Below are positions 1 through 13,329 of a DNA stretch of 64,000 nt, in pieces (position 1 is the stretch's first letter; each line of letters begins with the position of its first letter). This stretch comes from Schizosaccharomyces osmophilus (taxonomy: Eukaryota): positions 1,860,001-1,924,000 of the forward strand of contig NC_079238.1 of assembly GCF_027921745.1 (NCBI RefSeq). The letters run 5' to 3'. The notes under the pieces are model-generated. The model did no database searches. It had not been told where the DNA came from and was given only the letters and a program-made list of their open reading frames with translations. A program made the translations under genes and the position numbers.

Positions 1-1139
1 ATTAAAGCAGTGAACTGAGCATCCACTGAAAGAATAAATTAAAAAACACAACTAGTAAATAAACAGGTGCTACCGTTTTTATATTTCAGCCAAGAATGAT
101 GTTCTGTCGGGGGTTTCTTTAGGAAGAGCTGGTGTCTTGCACTCTGAAGGTATTATGTGAAAGAATATTATTGTTTTACTGCTATCTCTTAAGGCTGTGT
201 GCCGCAAAAAAGACGTGTATAAAAAGTCAACGAAGTAATAGTAAAATTCATTATAGCATTTATTCATTAAGCAGCGATATCGTTTATGTGAAGGGTGCTA
301 TCGTTAACGTTTTTGAACTCACATATTCAAGGCATTTACTTCGGTCGTCCTCTGTGATTATAAAATTTATCTCAGTCTGCTTTACTTAAATAATGAAAAG
401 CAAAGAAAGGAACATTGGTTTTGAAGTCAAATGGCTTTCAGTTATCGTATTATTTACATTACTATGGGCAACGTCTACTTCAGATTTAGTGCGTACTTTG
501 ATATGAGCTCGTTTTCATTTAGCATCATTAATACTATGCTAGCAAAGAAATAGGAAAAAAAACTTAGTTTAATGCTAGTCAGAATGATTACTCTGCTTCA
601 CTGAAGATTATTAAGGTATTTAGAAATAATATATATATATATATATATCTTTTTCAAATAACGTTCGTCAGATACTTTCTTAACTTTGCGTTTGTTTACT
701 GAGAGAGCTGTACGATTTGAACACTTGGGTTAGGCTCGTGAGAGATAGTTCACTTCATGTTAAATAAATGCTGATGTGAAATGAAGTGACTAAAAAAATA
801 AAAGAAATTACAAATAACTAACAAACATAGACGCAATACGGATATCACGATCGTTTATTATTTCGTTGTCAGCTTCTTTCTTTTACGTAAAAAACTTTAC
901 TGAAAAATAAATTGCAAGCAGGATGGGCTGTACGTAACACGTCAAACCCTTTTGTTTTAATTTTCACTGTCTTGGCTGTCTTCACTGTAGCCTTTTACAT
1001 GCAATTAACTAAAATAACTTTATATGAATAAACGTGGTATGTTCCGACACTCAAGTGGTGGTGTGGTACGGTGGGTGGGCTTAGCCCGGTTACTAATATT
1101 TCTTGTTCGACGGATGAGATAAAAAACATTGTTAAACTC

Positions 1140-1400
1140 ATGTACGGAGCAATTGTATGGCTTATTTTGTTTATAGAGAAAGAAAGCACACATAATAGCA
1201 TAGATTAATCCTAAATGCTTCCTTTGATCATAAGCTTTTCCATCTATGCGATCTTTCCCCGTACATACCAGAATTGTAAAAAAAAGAAAGGCTTTCAACG
1301 AGTTACGTATTTCGGACACAGTTCCATGGAATTCATTACAGAATCGATGATTTTGTAGCACGCGAGAAATTTCTTGATGTTTAATGAAAAAAAAAAATGA
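1140..1400 (-). mobile_element. Degenerate retrotransposon integrase core fragment
   Basis: Minus-strand RFCNEFHG, NSGMYGERSHR, LCVLSFSINKISH in the order of rve motifs FC..GI, NG.VER.HR, L..V.FA.N...H; frameshifted. Confidence 0.4.
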
Positions 1401-1624
1401 TTCATCAGATGCATGCATGAAAGCCCTTGAGGATTCGTAAGAGTAGGTTGTTTTAGTATTTAGATTCGGGTTGTTAATTGCAATGCATTGTACATTTAAC
1501 ATTTCTTGCCTTTGTATTTCCATTGTCTCATAAAAAATCGATTCTGATGAGCTTCGTTAATTTTCACAAATTAACGCATGCATTGAAAAGTGAGAAAATT
1601 GCTTTAATTTGATTAGGAAGAAGA

Positions 1625-2150
1625 CACTTGTTCGCGTCCGCCTACTGGTAGGGAGCGGAGATAATAATAGCAGCAATTCAAGAAAACTTCAATTTAAGTC
1701 GTATTGGAAACTTGAACATAGTAACTGCTCAAAACAATTACTATAGTTAATAATCCAACTATTTTTGTATCTATAAATGCACCTTCTCAATTCATCCGCC
1801 TTCCATAAAGGACAGTTCAAATTATCTTTAGCCGAAACAGAAGCGAAAATGCCATTATGCATATTCAAGCTGGGTCAGGCCTTTGTCAATAATAGGATCT
1901 GAGATTTATTTATTTATCTCCTAGCTACCTAAGTACTAGAATCAGCATGGGTTTGAAAAGTGATCTGTATGAAACCTATTTATGGCATAGCATATAGGAA
2001 AGATTCGATGATTCCTATTACACACATTCGTTTCCTCTTAATTAATTCTTAGTAAATATACTTGAATTTTGCTGCCGCATAATTTTACCTCATTGAACCT
2101 CACGGAGAACTGCACCATCAATTTGTATCTATATTCTTTTACCTGAGTTG
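1625..2150 (+). mobile_element. Degenerate protease plus RT N-terminal fragment (gypsy order)
   Basis: LLVGSGDNNSSNSRKL (cf. LVDSGA..S.IS) followed by YLLAT*VLESAWV*KVICMK (cf. LL..G.IEPS..W.SP...V.K). Confidence 0.35.
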
Positions 2151-2519
2151 CTAAGCTGTGCTTTAATCAAAAAAATAATAAAAGTAGTTAGCAATCACAC
2201 ATGCTTGGTAGCAATAGTGAGTGTAATATCCAAGACAAATGAATATTTAAATCAACTATGACTGTTCCCATACATGCCTTAATTATAAAAAGAGAAAGAC
2301 ATCTTACAATATCAGTATCAATCAATTAATCAAACATGATCATTCATTTTGCTGGGTCTCAATACACTCAAACTATTTTACATTATTAAGCTAAGCTGGC
2401 CGATGAAAATCTACTAGTTCACTTCGGCGACTTTAAGCTACAATGCAGTTAGTTCCATCTAGTTCTGTCTCAATGGCTATCTCTTCTCCTTGTCTTAGTA
2501 ACATTAGTAGAGAACGGAC

Positions 2520-2980
2520 ATGTTAAAAAAAATCGTTGGATGAATAATTGAAGCAAATAAAAGTATATAGATATTGCTATAGAACCTTTGAAAGTGAACG
2601 TTGTCTATTCGCTTGACGATAGTTATATCAATAAACAATTTGGATTGATTGCATGAACGGATGGATAAGATACCCTTGGCTATTCACTAAATGTAACCAT
2701 CCGACATGTTTTGTATATGATCGTATCTGGTTGAAATAAAGAAATGCTGATCATCAAGATCAAAACCTCACATAAAATAATGTGACCCAGGAATATCTTT
2801 AGCACCGTAATGAATTAAACAAGTTAATTTCGTTATGGGAACCAGCAGTGACTTGACCAGTAAAGTCTTGTCAACTTGATTCGTATCATTTTTTTACTTT
2901 TTATTTTCACATCCATTCTTGAGTGTAACTATCAAATTTGTGAGAACGAAGCATCTTCCATCCCGTTTACAATAGCAAGA
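2520..2980 (-). mobile_element. Degenerate gypsy reverse transcriptase fragment
   Basis: IFLGHII at ~2776-2796, then SE*PR (WP), MQSI...YNYRQ (LQSFLG..NYYR) in order. Confidence 0.45.
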
Positions 2981-5900
2981 GTCAAACAACTATAGAGAGA
3001 CACGTCTCAATGTGCAGTATTTAATTCTCGTTTTTTGTTTGCTGCCTTTACGTTTTCAAGACAAAACGCATTCCTCTTTTGCCGTTTACAGGAATATGCA
3101 TTAGCTGAAAATATAAGCCTTTTATGGACAGCAACTGGGAAATCGAGTTTATTCTCAGTGCAGCATTTTAAAATAGGTTGGCGACCTGTAAGTACTGACT
3201 GGCAAGGTGTGTACAATATATGCTCTGATGAATGAATTTGACATGTTAATGCTGTTCACATCATACCATACACATTCTAAATTTACTTTTAACGAAGAAA
3301 TAATACCGTTGTTTGTATACACACGTGTCAGGTCGTGAATGCTAGTAGTCATCACATTGCAATTACAATCGCGAGAAGGTGGGCAACATGCTCATACAAG
3401 CGCACAAGAGTGAGTGAAAGAGTCAGTAAGTCAGTCAGTCAATCAATAAATAGGCAAGGCACATTATCTAAAATCATAATGGTTTACTTTTTAGCATTGC
3501 TATACGCTGCTGGGAAAATCTGGTTCCAACAATACAAATGGTATCTAACAGCAGTGCAGCTCTTCGTATTTCCTATCTTGGCAGTCTGCTTCATTGCGAA
3601 TTTATCATTCATATATTTACAAATGCTTATACATGTTTACAATTTTAGGAATTTATTCTTTAGAAGTTGAATTTGTTTGAGTTAAGAGTTAAAGGCGTGC
3701 AAAAGCAATTAGCTAGAACAATTAAACAATAATTATGATTAGGTGTGCCACAGTACCCAAAACTTACATGCACCATCTTATAATAGACATCAATAGATAC
3801 ATAGACGAGCGAGTTGCTAGAATAGCTTGTCAATTAAAAAAGGTAGACATGCACTATTTTGCCAACGTTATTCATTATGCTTTCCTTCCTCCCTCAAAAC
3901 AAAATAGTAGACAGCAAACTTATTACTCGTTCATGCAAAGAAGTACAGCATGAAAGCATACTCATAATTTGGACGATGCGCGAACATCAAAGTGTTCAAA
4001 GAACAATCTGCTTTATCAACGAAAAACGGTAAATGTTCATTGTGGTTTTTTCTATACGGTAATTTTTATTGTTGGTTATACGTACATAACTACTATAACT
4101 GTTTCATCTTTCGTGCCTTTATGGATCTGTAAATTTGAGCATCCTGTTATTTTTTCATTTTAGTCGTTACAGCATACCGATTAGCAGCTTTTCAATTGGA
4201 GCGGTTCCATAATGAACCCACCCAATGTGTTGTTCGTCTGTGTATGCCTTGACCAACCATTTTTTAATATAATTAGCTCCAAAAAAACAATTTCTTTGAC
4301 GACGAGACTCGTTTAGTGTTATGAATATAAATGATTATCAAAAGCTAGCTTTTCTTTACTTATTCCTTCCCTCCGGCAATGGCAAAAGCAAAAGCAAAAG
4401 CAATTGCATAGGATTATTTTATAGAATTCTTCCAACAACGAATCGAAAATCAATGGGAGAATGATCGATTATCCCGCAAACTGCAGACGCTTTTCAACGA
4501 AGCGTTTTATGTCTTGTGGTAGCTGTAAGTATCAGTTCATTAGCTTTATTAGCAATATGTATGCGTAACTTTTTGAGAGAAGGACATTGGAAAAACAAAG
4601 GCAAAAGGCAAAAAGCAAAAAGCAAAACCACACATCTCAACAATAATACTAACAAAATCTCATCCTCACTAAAGCCTGCTAGTTTTATCGTCTAAATTCA
4701 ATGAAAATTGCTTACACCCAACGCCTGGAATTGCTAAATCGTAAGTGCCAACAAAAACGAAATACTTTATGAACGCTTATAAAGTCTATAAAGTCGCCGG
4801 CTGTACCAAGAAAAAATCTGTTCGATTGCTCAATTTTTTTTAAATGGTCATTTCGCTCAACTCCATGATGAAATGCGATGCAATCTACCGAAAGAAATAG
4901 ATTTAATTAAGATGCAAATCGTGTCGTCCATTTTTATTTTCTTTTCTTTTGTTTCGGTTCATTTCGTTTTCGCTACTATAGCTTGAATATGTATGTATCT
5001 ACCATCCATACTATGCTATGTATGCTCTTGTTGAATTATTGCAGTTTTCGGTGGGGATAAATGCGGTCATTGCTGTTTCATTAGCTTGAGTACGAAAAGA
5101 ATGATTATTTTTATTTTTCATTTTTCATTTCCATTTAGTAATATATTATCAGAAAACATGCGACATAGATATGCAAGTATTCATCATATTCGCAACCGCC
5201 CGACTTCACTTGGGCTTTGTTTGCAGTCCTAGTCGCAATAGCAGCAGGTAGGAACAGCAAATGGTAAATAGTAGCACTGGTAACTTGATCGAAGAAATCT
5301 GAGATTTGTCTTGGAGTTACTAATACCGTCAAACTTCATAAACCAGCTGTAACAGAATGCATACGAATCTTAGTCCTGCTTTCATCGAGCTTCTCTTTGT
5401 TTAGATTTCTTAACAATCTCAGTTCTCTCACGTATTGCCTCATGCCAAAAACTTGTCCCTAGTTGACTCGTCTAGTTTTTTTTGCAAACTCACAATGGTA
5501 TCATTACTATCATTTACTAGGTACTAGGTTTTTTTTAATAAATGGACCCTGTCCTACCTACCTAAATTTAGTAAGTATGGCATATATGTATATACATCCA
5601 AAAATCTAGGAACGAGCCGTGATGTGATGTGCAAATACTTGAACAGTTTTCTTTGCTGTTCGGCTGTAACATAGCTAAGCAATTTAATGTCGTATAGTAG
5701 TGCGAAACTTGTAATACGTGATGAGTACAGTAGAAATGTTTTTTAAGCTCTTCATTGGGAAGACATTCATCTCAAATGATGGGATGCTTTCGATTGAATT
5801 GACTCATATGATCAGGCCTACAAGAATTCATTATTTATATCCTATAGTTTCCGCCTTGCGACAAGACGTTTATTCTACTACTTCTTCAGCCAATTTGCTT

Positions 5901-6669
5901 TTCTTATGGTATAGCCTTTGCCAATGTTTATTTAATCCATTCCTTTTCAATTGTTCTTTGCCCTGTAAATGAAGAATCTCTGATCAACACTTTTTCAATA
6001 GGCTCCCAGATGAAACGATAGAAACCGATTTCATGAAGGGCTTTTTGATATCAGAATATTAGCTTTATTTTATTTCGCCCCGCATGTGGAAACCCTCGCG
6101 AAGGAAGAGATGAGACTTTAGAAGCTACAGTTCATGGTACTCATTATTACCATTATTAGTAGGTATATATAGATATATACATATGTATTCCCTCAACCAT
6201 TATAAAAAATGTTATATATCATTAAAAGGATTTTTAGAAGTTACACTATTCTATGATTTAATGATTTAATGTTATAAATTATTTTTATTTGACATTGTGC
6301 CTCGAAGGGGAATAACGTAACTACCAGCTTTTTATTAATCTCCTAAGACTTCATATATTAACTCAATGATATAGAGGTGTACAATAACTGATGATAACTA
6401 TCAGTAGCTTTCAGTGATTGTTGGCCTTCAAGTTCAAGGCACGCAAGCTACCGTGTTGATTTAAAAAGTTTGAAGTCAATTTCTTTCATAAACGTATAAA
6501 TTAAACTAAATTCACTAGAAAGTTATACTGATAATCTATAAACGAGCTCCGTCCTTGTCATCCGTCCAATATTTTCCATTTTACCATACTATTATAAACC
6601 AGCGGATGAGCTAGCAATATCATAAAAGAAACAGCCGAATAATTTTTTATTGACCTGAATACTTTACAT

Positions 6670-8540
6670 AGTAGAAGTGAGGTATTCACAGATTTTTCTA
6701 TCGCTTGTATTAATAAAATGTATAGATACAGTATCATTTAAAAATTAACATTGAAACGACTTTGTTCATTTGCTATCTACTTATTACATCGGCATATGGA
6801 ACCCGACCTCGACATTTGTAAGTTGGGAATTTGTGAATTATAGATAACAACCGAAGTTACCCTCAGTTCTGTTCCACGTTGTTCAACTAAAAAATAAATT
6901 AACCTTAGAGGATCAGATAATATTAAAAGATTTTGTGTCTCATCCTCAAGACATTCATTATATAGTTTTCTTTTATCGATATCGAGAGCAAAATCATGAG
7001 TGAATTGCAAGCTAATAAGATGGGTAAATCACTAAACGAAAAGCCCCTGTGAATGTTCTTTATTAGTCAGAATCTGATTGCTTGTGGAACCTTGTTTTTA
7101 TGCTTCTTTATGAGCTAAAATACAGTTTTTATTCGGTTAAAAAATTCGTACCTTTTTTTCCTAAACTTTCAATTTGTGGTGTAGAACTTACAAGCTTTGC
7201 TACTTGAAGGGTAGGACTAATAGTATACATGACCAAATATCGTCATCTTCTTGGTTTTTATTATACACAATTTATTGAAAGGATAACAAGCAAATAGTAA
7301 CGCCTTTCACAATAATTACTGCGTTTGTGCCCTACTATCGCAAAATGGACCTGGTTGCTTTGCTCTGAAGTATGACCTGAGCTTACAGTTCATCATATAA
7401 CGGTTGCATCGAACCGAAGTACACTTTGACAATTTCCTGAGTATAATGCCAAACTTAATTGTTTACCTTGACTTTTACGTAGCTTTGCACTCAATGCACA
7501 TTACATCGAGCTTCATAAAGAAACTATATCGTTGTGGTAGCCGTGAGTTCAGTAGCTTAACTTAAAAACAAAAACAAATTGCTCCAAAAATATGTATCCA
7601 TAACCATTAACTCCAATTTACCAAATAATTGATATAGTATGATTTAGGAAATAAAATGTGGGACCATCAAATACATTTTGTATGGCACATAATTTCACGA
7701 CAATCATTTGAATAGACTGGAGGATTTGAGAGTAAAGTAGAGTACGACTACTATCAATTTTAGAGGGTGTTCAGTTGGTATGGGTTTCATTCACTTATGA
7801 TTGAGACCCTTGGAAAGTTCTTTTTTTTTGACAAAACATGGACACCGCTTTGAGTTTAGATACAGGAACAAAAAAGGGGGAAGATAAGCTAAACATGAGT
7901 ATTGATATTTCGTCTTCAATTTTTTCTTTTCTGCTTATATGACTGTTAGTCAACGAATATAATAGTTTTCGATCTACTTAATATTATGTGCTTCGCGGTC
8001 CAATACTATATCATAGACTTCATTTTAATGGTATTTTTAAAGTGCTACAAGGCCACGAAAATGATTGTTATAATATATTCTTCGTTCTCTGCTTCTATCT
8101 TAATTCTTCATGATGAAATAGCTGATTAGCCGTATCCTTATTTTCAGTTGCATACGGGATTTAATCATTTAGGCTAAATTGCTGCCGCTCGCGCCATTCA
8201 TAAACCTAGCAAAATATTTAAAAAATAAATAGATCACTCCCATCTGGCCGTGATAATTCAGCATGAGAATATGTCAGCTTTCCTTAAACGAAAGCAGGCT
8301 TTATATGGCGTTTTGCAACCCTCTTTGAAATGCTGAAAATAATCCCACCTTGGACCTCTTTCAACGTAAACTTACAACAAATAAAGATGTTACTTATTAC
8401 GCATATTTGCTTTACTTACTGAACGATGGTTTCTAATAATTACCAAATATTATGTCTAATTAATGCTACTCAGATGTCAGCAAAGCAGGTATGGTGTCAA
8501 GCATAAATACAAAACGTAAACGCTTTTTCTTCAAAGTGGC
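6670..8540 (+). mobile_element. Fossil Ty3/gypsy pol (RT-RNaseH-integrase)
   Basis: Colinear motifs with many stops and frameshifts: HLLSTYY; GKSLNEK; SNAF..NYCVCALLSQNG (7296-); NN*YSMI*E...TIKYILYGT*FHDNHLNRL (7624-7719); IDFI (~8013); LFEMLKI...TS; LTERW (~8415). Confidence 0.65.
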
Positions 8541-9205
8541 AGCAAATATCAAAAGTTCAATGCTTGAATTTAATTCAAATTTCGTAATTTTGTGAAATGA
8601 TGCAAAGGCAGGTGTAAATTATTAATATGTCATAGCCGCTGAAGCAAAGAAAATAGCTCGAAGATAATCGTATACCAAAGTCCAAAATTATACAGTTTAA
8701 TGAAGTTAATAGTCGATTTCGTAATGTAGTTTTGCAGTAGCATAAGCAAAGCTAAACACAATTTTTGTTCATACCAAAACGTTTTAGGTACGATGTTTCA
8801 AGATTTAAATCACGACGGTTAGTCAATACCACTGCAATTCTTGAATTTACCGACCAAAAAAATTAAACTTTGATGAACAATATCATTTTTAAGGATCTAA
8901 GTATGTGTTTCGTTTTAATTTCATGCTTTTTTTTGAGCTGGAAACGAGTGATTTATCAGACTAAACCTCTTATGAGTACAAACTAATTTGTAAAAATAAA
9001 TGTTTATTTAGATTGTCTTCTAGTAAAAATCTCTGTCGGTAGTTGTATTGAAAAATATGATATGCTGTCAGCATTTACTGAACAGAGGATAACGTTAAGG
9101 CTACAGTACTAAAAAGTTTGACATAAGTTTGAGAGGCTCAGAATAGACAAAACCTTCACATATTGCTTAAAAATGTGAAACAAGAAGTTGGAAAAATAAA
9201 AGGAG

Positions 9206-9289
9206 CTCCCAAGGCGAGACTCGAACTCGCAACCTTCTGATGACCTTTCATAAGAGTCAGACGCTCTAAACCGATTGAGCTACCCGGGA
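9206..9289 (-). tRNA. tRNA-Lys(CTT), intron-containing
   Basis: TCCCGGG...GGGAG cloverleaf, anticodon CTT, ~9-nt intron, A/B boxes. Confidence 0.96.
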
Positions 9290-10062
9290 CTTGTTATGAT
9301 GCTTACCATTAAAAATATATTCACTACTATCTAATTTTGCGAAGCTCTTTTTCATTATTGATAATTACGGATAAAAATTAAAATGAAAATTAAAATCAAA
9401 ATAATTCGAGTTTAGTGTAGTCTTCATACCTATCTTCTTAAATCGTTGTTGCTGTTACTTTTACAGAATTTTCTTTTCTTTGCATCTATGTAAGTAAGTT
9501 CCCATAATACTTGCACTGTCACTGATTGTTAAAGCTTTGCAGTGATTGTATGTAAATACAGTAGAAGAAATGAGGAACAGGATTTTTTTTCGAGCGATAG
9601 TATAGTCATAATAGCTGTAGCTGTTTTCTATGCTGTGTTATCTATGAGCTATCATCATCAGTCAACTGGTGAAAAAAAAAAAAGATAGAAAAAAATAAAG
9701 CAGAATCACCATCGTATGCAAGAAGAAATTCATTTTTTTCGTTTTTTTTTTCTACCATTTCTTTTTTTTTTTTGTTTTATAACAATTGTTACAATTGTTT
9801 TATTTTATTTTTAAGAAGGAGGAACCGACGAATAAAAAATCAATTCATATTGTAAAAATTCGTTTCTATTTGATAAGTACGTTACGAAAGGCAGAAAGAA
9901 AGTAACAGTATTTAGCAGGTGGTAGGTGGTAGGTGGTTGATGGGTTGTTGCATTGGATGATCGCAGGTAAGATATGAGATAGTCCCCCAAAAAAATTAAA
10001 AACAAAAATAAAAAGGTAAAAAGTCGTTGATATATTTTTTAAGTAAAGAGTAGTCATCCAAT

Positions 10063-10171
10063 GGCCAGTTGGCCGAGCGGTCTATGGCGTAGCACTCAAG
10101 TGAAAACTTGGACTGTTCAATCAAGTCTTGCTATATCGAAAGATGCGAGGGTTCGAATCCCTCACTGGTCA
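10063..10171 (+). tRNA. tRNA-Leu(CAA), intron-containing
   Basis: GGCCAGTTGGCCGAGCGG, CAA anticodon, ~27-nt intron, variable arm, GTTCGAATC, downstream T run. Confidence 0.96.
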
Positions 10172-10489
10172 AAATTTTTCTTTTTCTTTTTCTCTTTCCA
10201 TATTTGATTTTCTTCATTCATTTTCATTGTCATTTTCAAATGATATTGTTGCAAAATTACTTGGTCAGTAAAAAACTTTGATTCTATATTCTTACAAGTT
10301 CTACTACTCTTTTACTGACCTCTTGTTGTCTCCCTTATTGCTCTACTTGTTTACAATTTTGCACTTATACAGTTTCATAGCTGTACATGATATGGCATAC
10401 ACAAACAAAAGAGGTCAATCAAGTACAATATTCATCACAATTTGGTGTAAAGTCATATAGTTGCATTAACTAAGGTTATGAAGCAATAA

Positions 10490-10930
10490 TGTCGTTTGAG
10501 GTACGAATATGCATCTGTTTTGCTTTGTAAAGCTCACTTTAAAAATCCATTTTTTAAGGTAATTTAAACGGAACAAGTTTATGAAGCAGACAGGCGTGTC
10601 CATTCTCAAAAACTGTATGTTATTTTTATGTTAATGTTTGATTATCCGCAAAACAAAAAATGATTTAGCAAGTGAAAAGGTGAAAGTACTTTGCTCTCTA
10701 TTCATTGTAAGTGATTTTTTTGTTTATATATTTAAGTTTTCTTAAATGGGCCTGAAGAAAAGAAGTGCTCTAAATACGTAATCATAATTTAAAAAGCAAG
10801 AACCAGAATTAAATAGAGTTATTTTGTGTCAGAACATACCGTTTGAACCAAATGTTCTTGAATTACAGACCTTGGTTTACCTAGCTTATAACAACTGTCT
10901 TGAGGCAACTTTGCTGACTAGACGGACTGG
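10490..10930 (+). mobile_element. Degenerate integrase core fragment
   Basis: MFDYPQ (FG.P), LASEKVKVLCSLF, NGPEEK, LQTLVYLAYNNCLEAT (cf. L.LV..AYNN..H.AT). Confidence 0.5.
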
Positions 10931-11180
10931 TTCATATTTCAATATCTATCTACCGAGTAATTTCGAACACAAAGTAATCAAATACATATTTAACAAGCTG
11001 TGGATTCTTTGATTTTCAACATAGGATAACTACTATTATCTACGGCTTTCCCATAATAATTTCAGTTCCAGTTTTTAACTCAGCACGGAATAAAAATCGG
11101 GTTGCCAATTTTGACAAAGTATAAAAATTAAAAAGTGCAACAAGCATTATTGTGCCATCGTATAATTATCGACTTGACAG

Positions 11181-11456
11181 CTGATCAGGTAGCCGCATAT
11201 ACCAATGATCTGGATCAACGGTTTCTCTCGTATTAAGTTGAGTTATCATTGTGATGACACACTATCAGTAGGGTAAAACTAGCCTATCTCTTGAGGTCCG
11301 AATACTCAACTCACATTTTCTTTTGGTGGGTGGACAATCCAACGTTTACCGAATTCGGCTTCGGTACGATAGGAAGAGCCGACGTCGGCGAACCAAAAAG
11401 CAACTCGTTATGAACGATTGGTTGTCACGAGCCGGTTATCCCTGTGGTAGTTTTTT
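11181..11456 (-). pseudogene. Degenerate 25S/28S rRNA fragment (peptidyl-transferase region)
   Basis: Plus strand matches the reverse complement of conserved LSU rRNA with scattered substitutions: ATCAGTAGGGTAAAACT, GTGGGTG.ACAATCCAAC, GATAGGAAGAGCCGAC, GTTATCCCTGTGGTA. Confidence 0.92.
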
Positions 11457-11954
11457 ACCAGAAGCCCCTTTATGACTTTGAATTGTACTTCAATTGATGA
11501 CACTTTAAGAGTATCCATTACTCTATTGATAGTAAAAAGGATCCACTTTTTTCTATAAGCAGCATTTTTAATATAGAACTCTAATCTTATGCTTAGATGC
11601 TTCAATTACCCGTAATAACCTTTAGAGGGTATATTTTTGAAGTCGAAAGTCTAGTTATCATAGATTTGTAATCGATCCTAAAACAGGATAATGATTCTAC
11701 ATATGGAGAGCAAGTACGATATTTCAACAATGTTTAGCAACGATCGATTAAGATTCAGTGTAGTGCAATATCTCACTTAGGCTCAAAACGCCGAAGCATA
11801 TAGTTTAGCCAGCAAACCAGCGAATAGGAGCATAATCTTATAAGCTTTAGACTTTCTAATCTACTCTTCAACAGTAACTTTTTCTTCCTTGGACCGGGAG
11901 GTTTTTGGTAGGAACTTTTTTCATGCAAAATTATTCCGGAACCTTATATAGAAG

Positions 11955-11957
<3 letters not shown>

Positions 11958-11995
<38 letters not shown>
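11958..11995. repeat. (TA)n microsatellite
   Basis: Direct reading. Confidence 0.95.
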
Positions 11996-11999
<4 letters not shown>

Positions 12000-12441
12000 T
12001 GAAAAGCTTTTTAGCATATATTCAATGCTAAGATGTAAGATGGATGACGTGCTCCACCATTATCGAGAGGTTTGGGAGCAGGAATTATAGAGCTTCAGTA
12101 TGTATACAGAGAAAATACATCGTTCATGATGTAAATTATCGCTTGAAGCGTTGATGTTCTATGGAGTTATTGTCGGATAGTTGGAAACCTCAACAAAATC
12201 TAAAAAGCTTGACTGATGTCAGTCAATTTTAGCGTATATGAATGGGTTTAAAAACCAGTATCCATCGCTGTAGCTTTGCGCAGATCCACTGTATCGAATT
12301 TCATATCAACGAAACGAACTCTTTAGCGTTAAAGTTTATGACAAATAGAGAATTAACAGGTTTGCATGAGTGAACGAGATTGCGATAACAGGCGCTACGG
12401 TTCAGGTTCGTACAGCCATCTTTGAAATCTATATTTAGCCA

Positions 12442-12514
12442 GTATTTGTATTTGTATTTGTATTTGTATTTGTATTTGTATTTGTATTTGTGTTTGTGTT
12501 TGTGTTTGTGTTTG
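12442..12514. repeat. (TTTGTA)n/(TTTGTG)n microsatellite
   Basis: Direct reading. Confidence 0.95.
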
Positions 12515-13329
12515 AGTAGACAAAATTGACATACCAAACATTGTCACGAACTTCTAGGGGATCGTTGCAAGATTTTGAGCGATAGGCTAGTTAAGAAACA
12601 CATGTAACTTTCTTGTATTACGGTTTCAAGATTTTCCATTCATTCATTATACCGTTTTATTAGCAAAAGAATTTTCAATACTACACAATTATTTTGACCA
12701 TTCTTCTTCGTCTTTGTCTTTTGAAATCCAAAACTACCGTTGTCAAATCCGTGCCTTCTAACGAATTCGCTTGCCAATCACTAAATCAAGTAGAAAGTGG
12801 GGAAGCTCTGACAATATATATGAAAACGGTAATGGTTGGTTTGAATACTGAATAATCAACTGTATATGAATATACGTTGTCTCAAACTGTTATACTTGTC
12901 TTGACTATGCAGTTTAAGTAGAATCCAAACCTATCAAAACAATCCAATTACTGAAAGCTGTTCGCTTGTCCATAGTACATGCATTACAAGCGTCCTCAGG
13001 TTGCTTCGCGTACATCCTACCTTAAATTCGTGCACTCTCTAAGCACCCTGTTCCGTGAGGCTAATGTTTATCACTGCATTTTATTCTGTTTAATTTAAGA
13101 ATTTTATTTGAGTACTGTAGTATTGTTGTGTTCGTTTAGTTTTCCCCTCTATTATGCCGACTATCTAGCGATCGTACGAACGAATTCATTTTGTAAACTG
13201 TAAAGGGAAGGCCTTTGTATGGTTTGTAATATAACAAGCAGCTCTATGTTTCAGTTTCCTCCTTTCCTATGTAAACATTTACGAATGTTGCTTAAATTCG
13301 TCAATTGCTTAACCGTGTCGTATTATTTC

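Larger units (their letters stand above)
11470..12760 (+). mobile_element. Fossil gypsy RT-RNaseH interrupted by microsatellites
   Basis: LATID*DSV; FFMQNYSGTLYRR; one frame gives CKMDDVL (MDD at 12040), CKLSLE, CQSILAYMNGFKNQYPSL*LCADPLYRI (12217-12300). Confidence 0.7.

Noticed and set aside
9066..9123. TGTCAGCA...TGACA resembling Tf LTR ends
   Set aside because: Only 58 bp and no TSD
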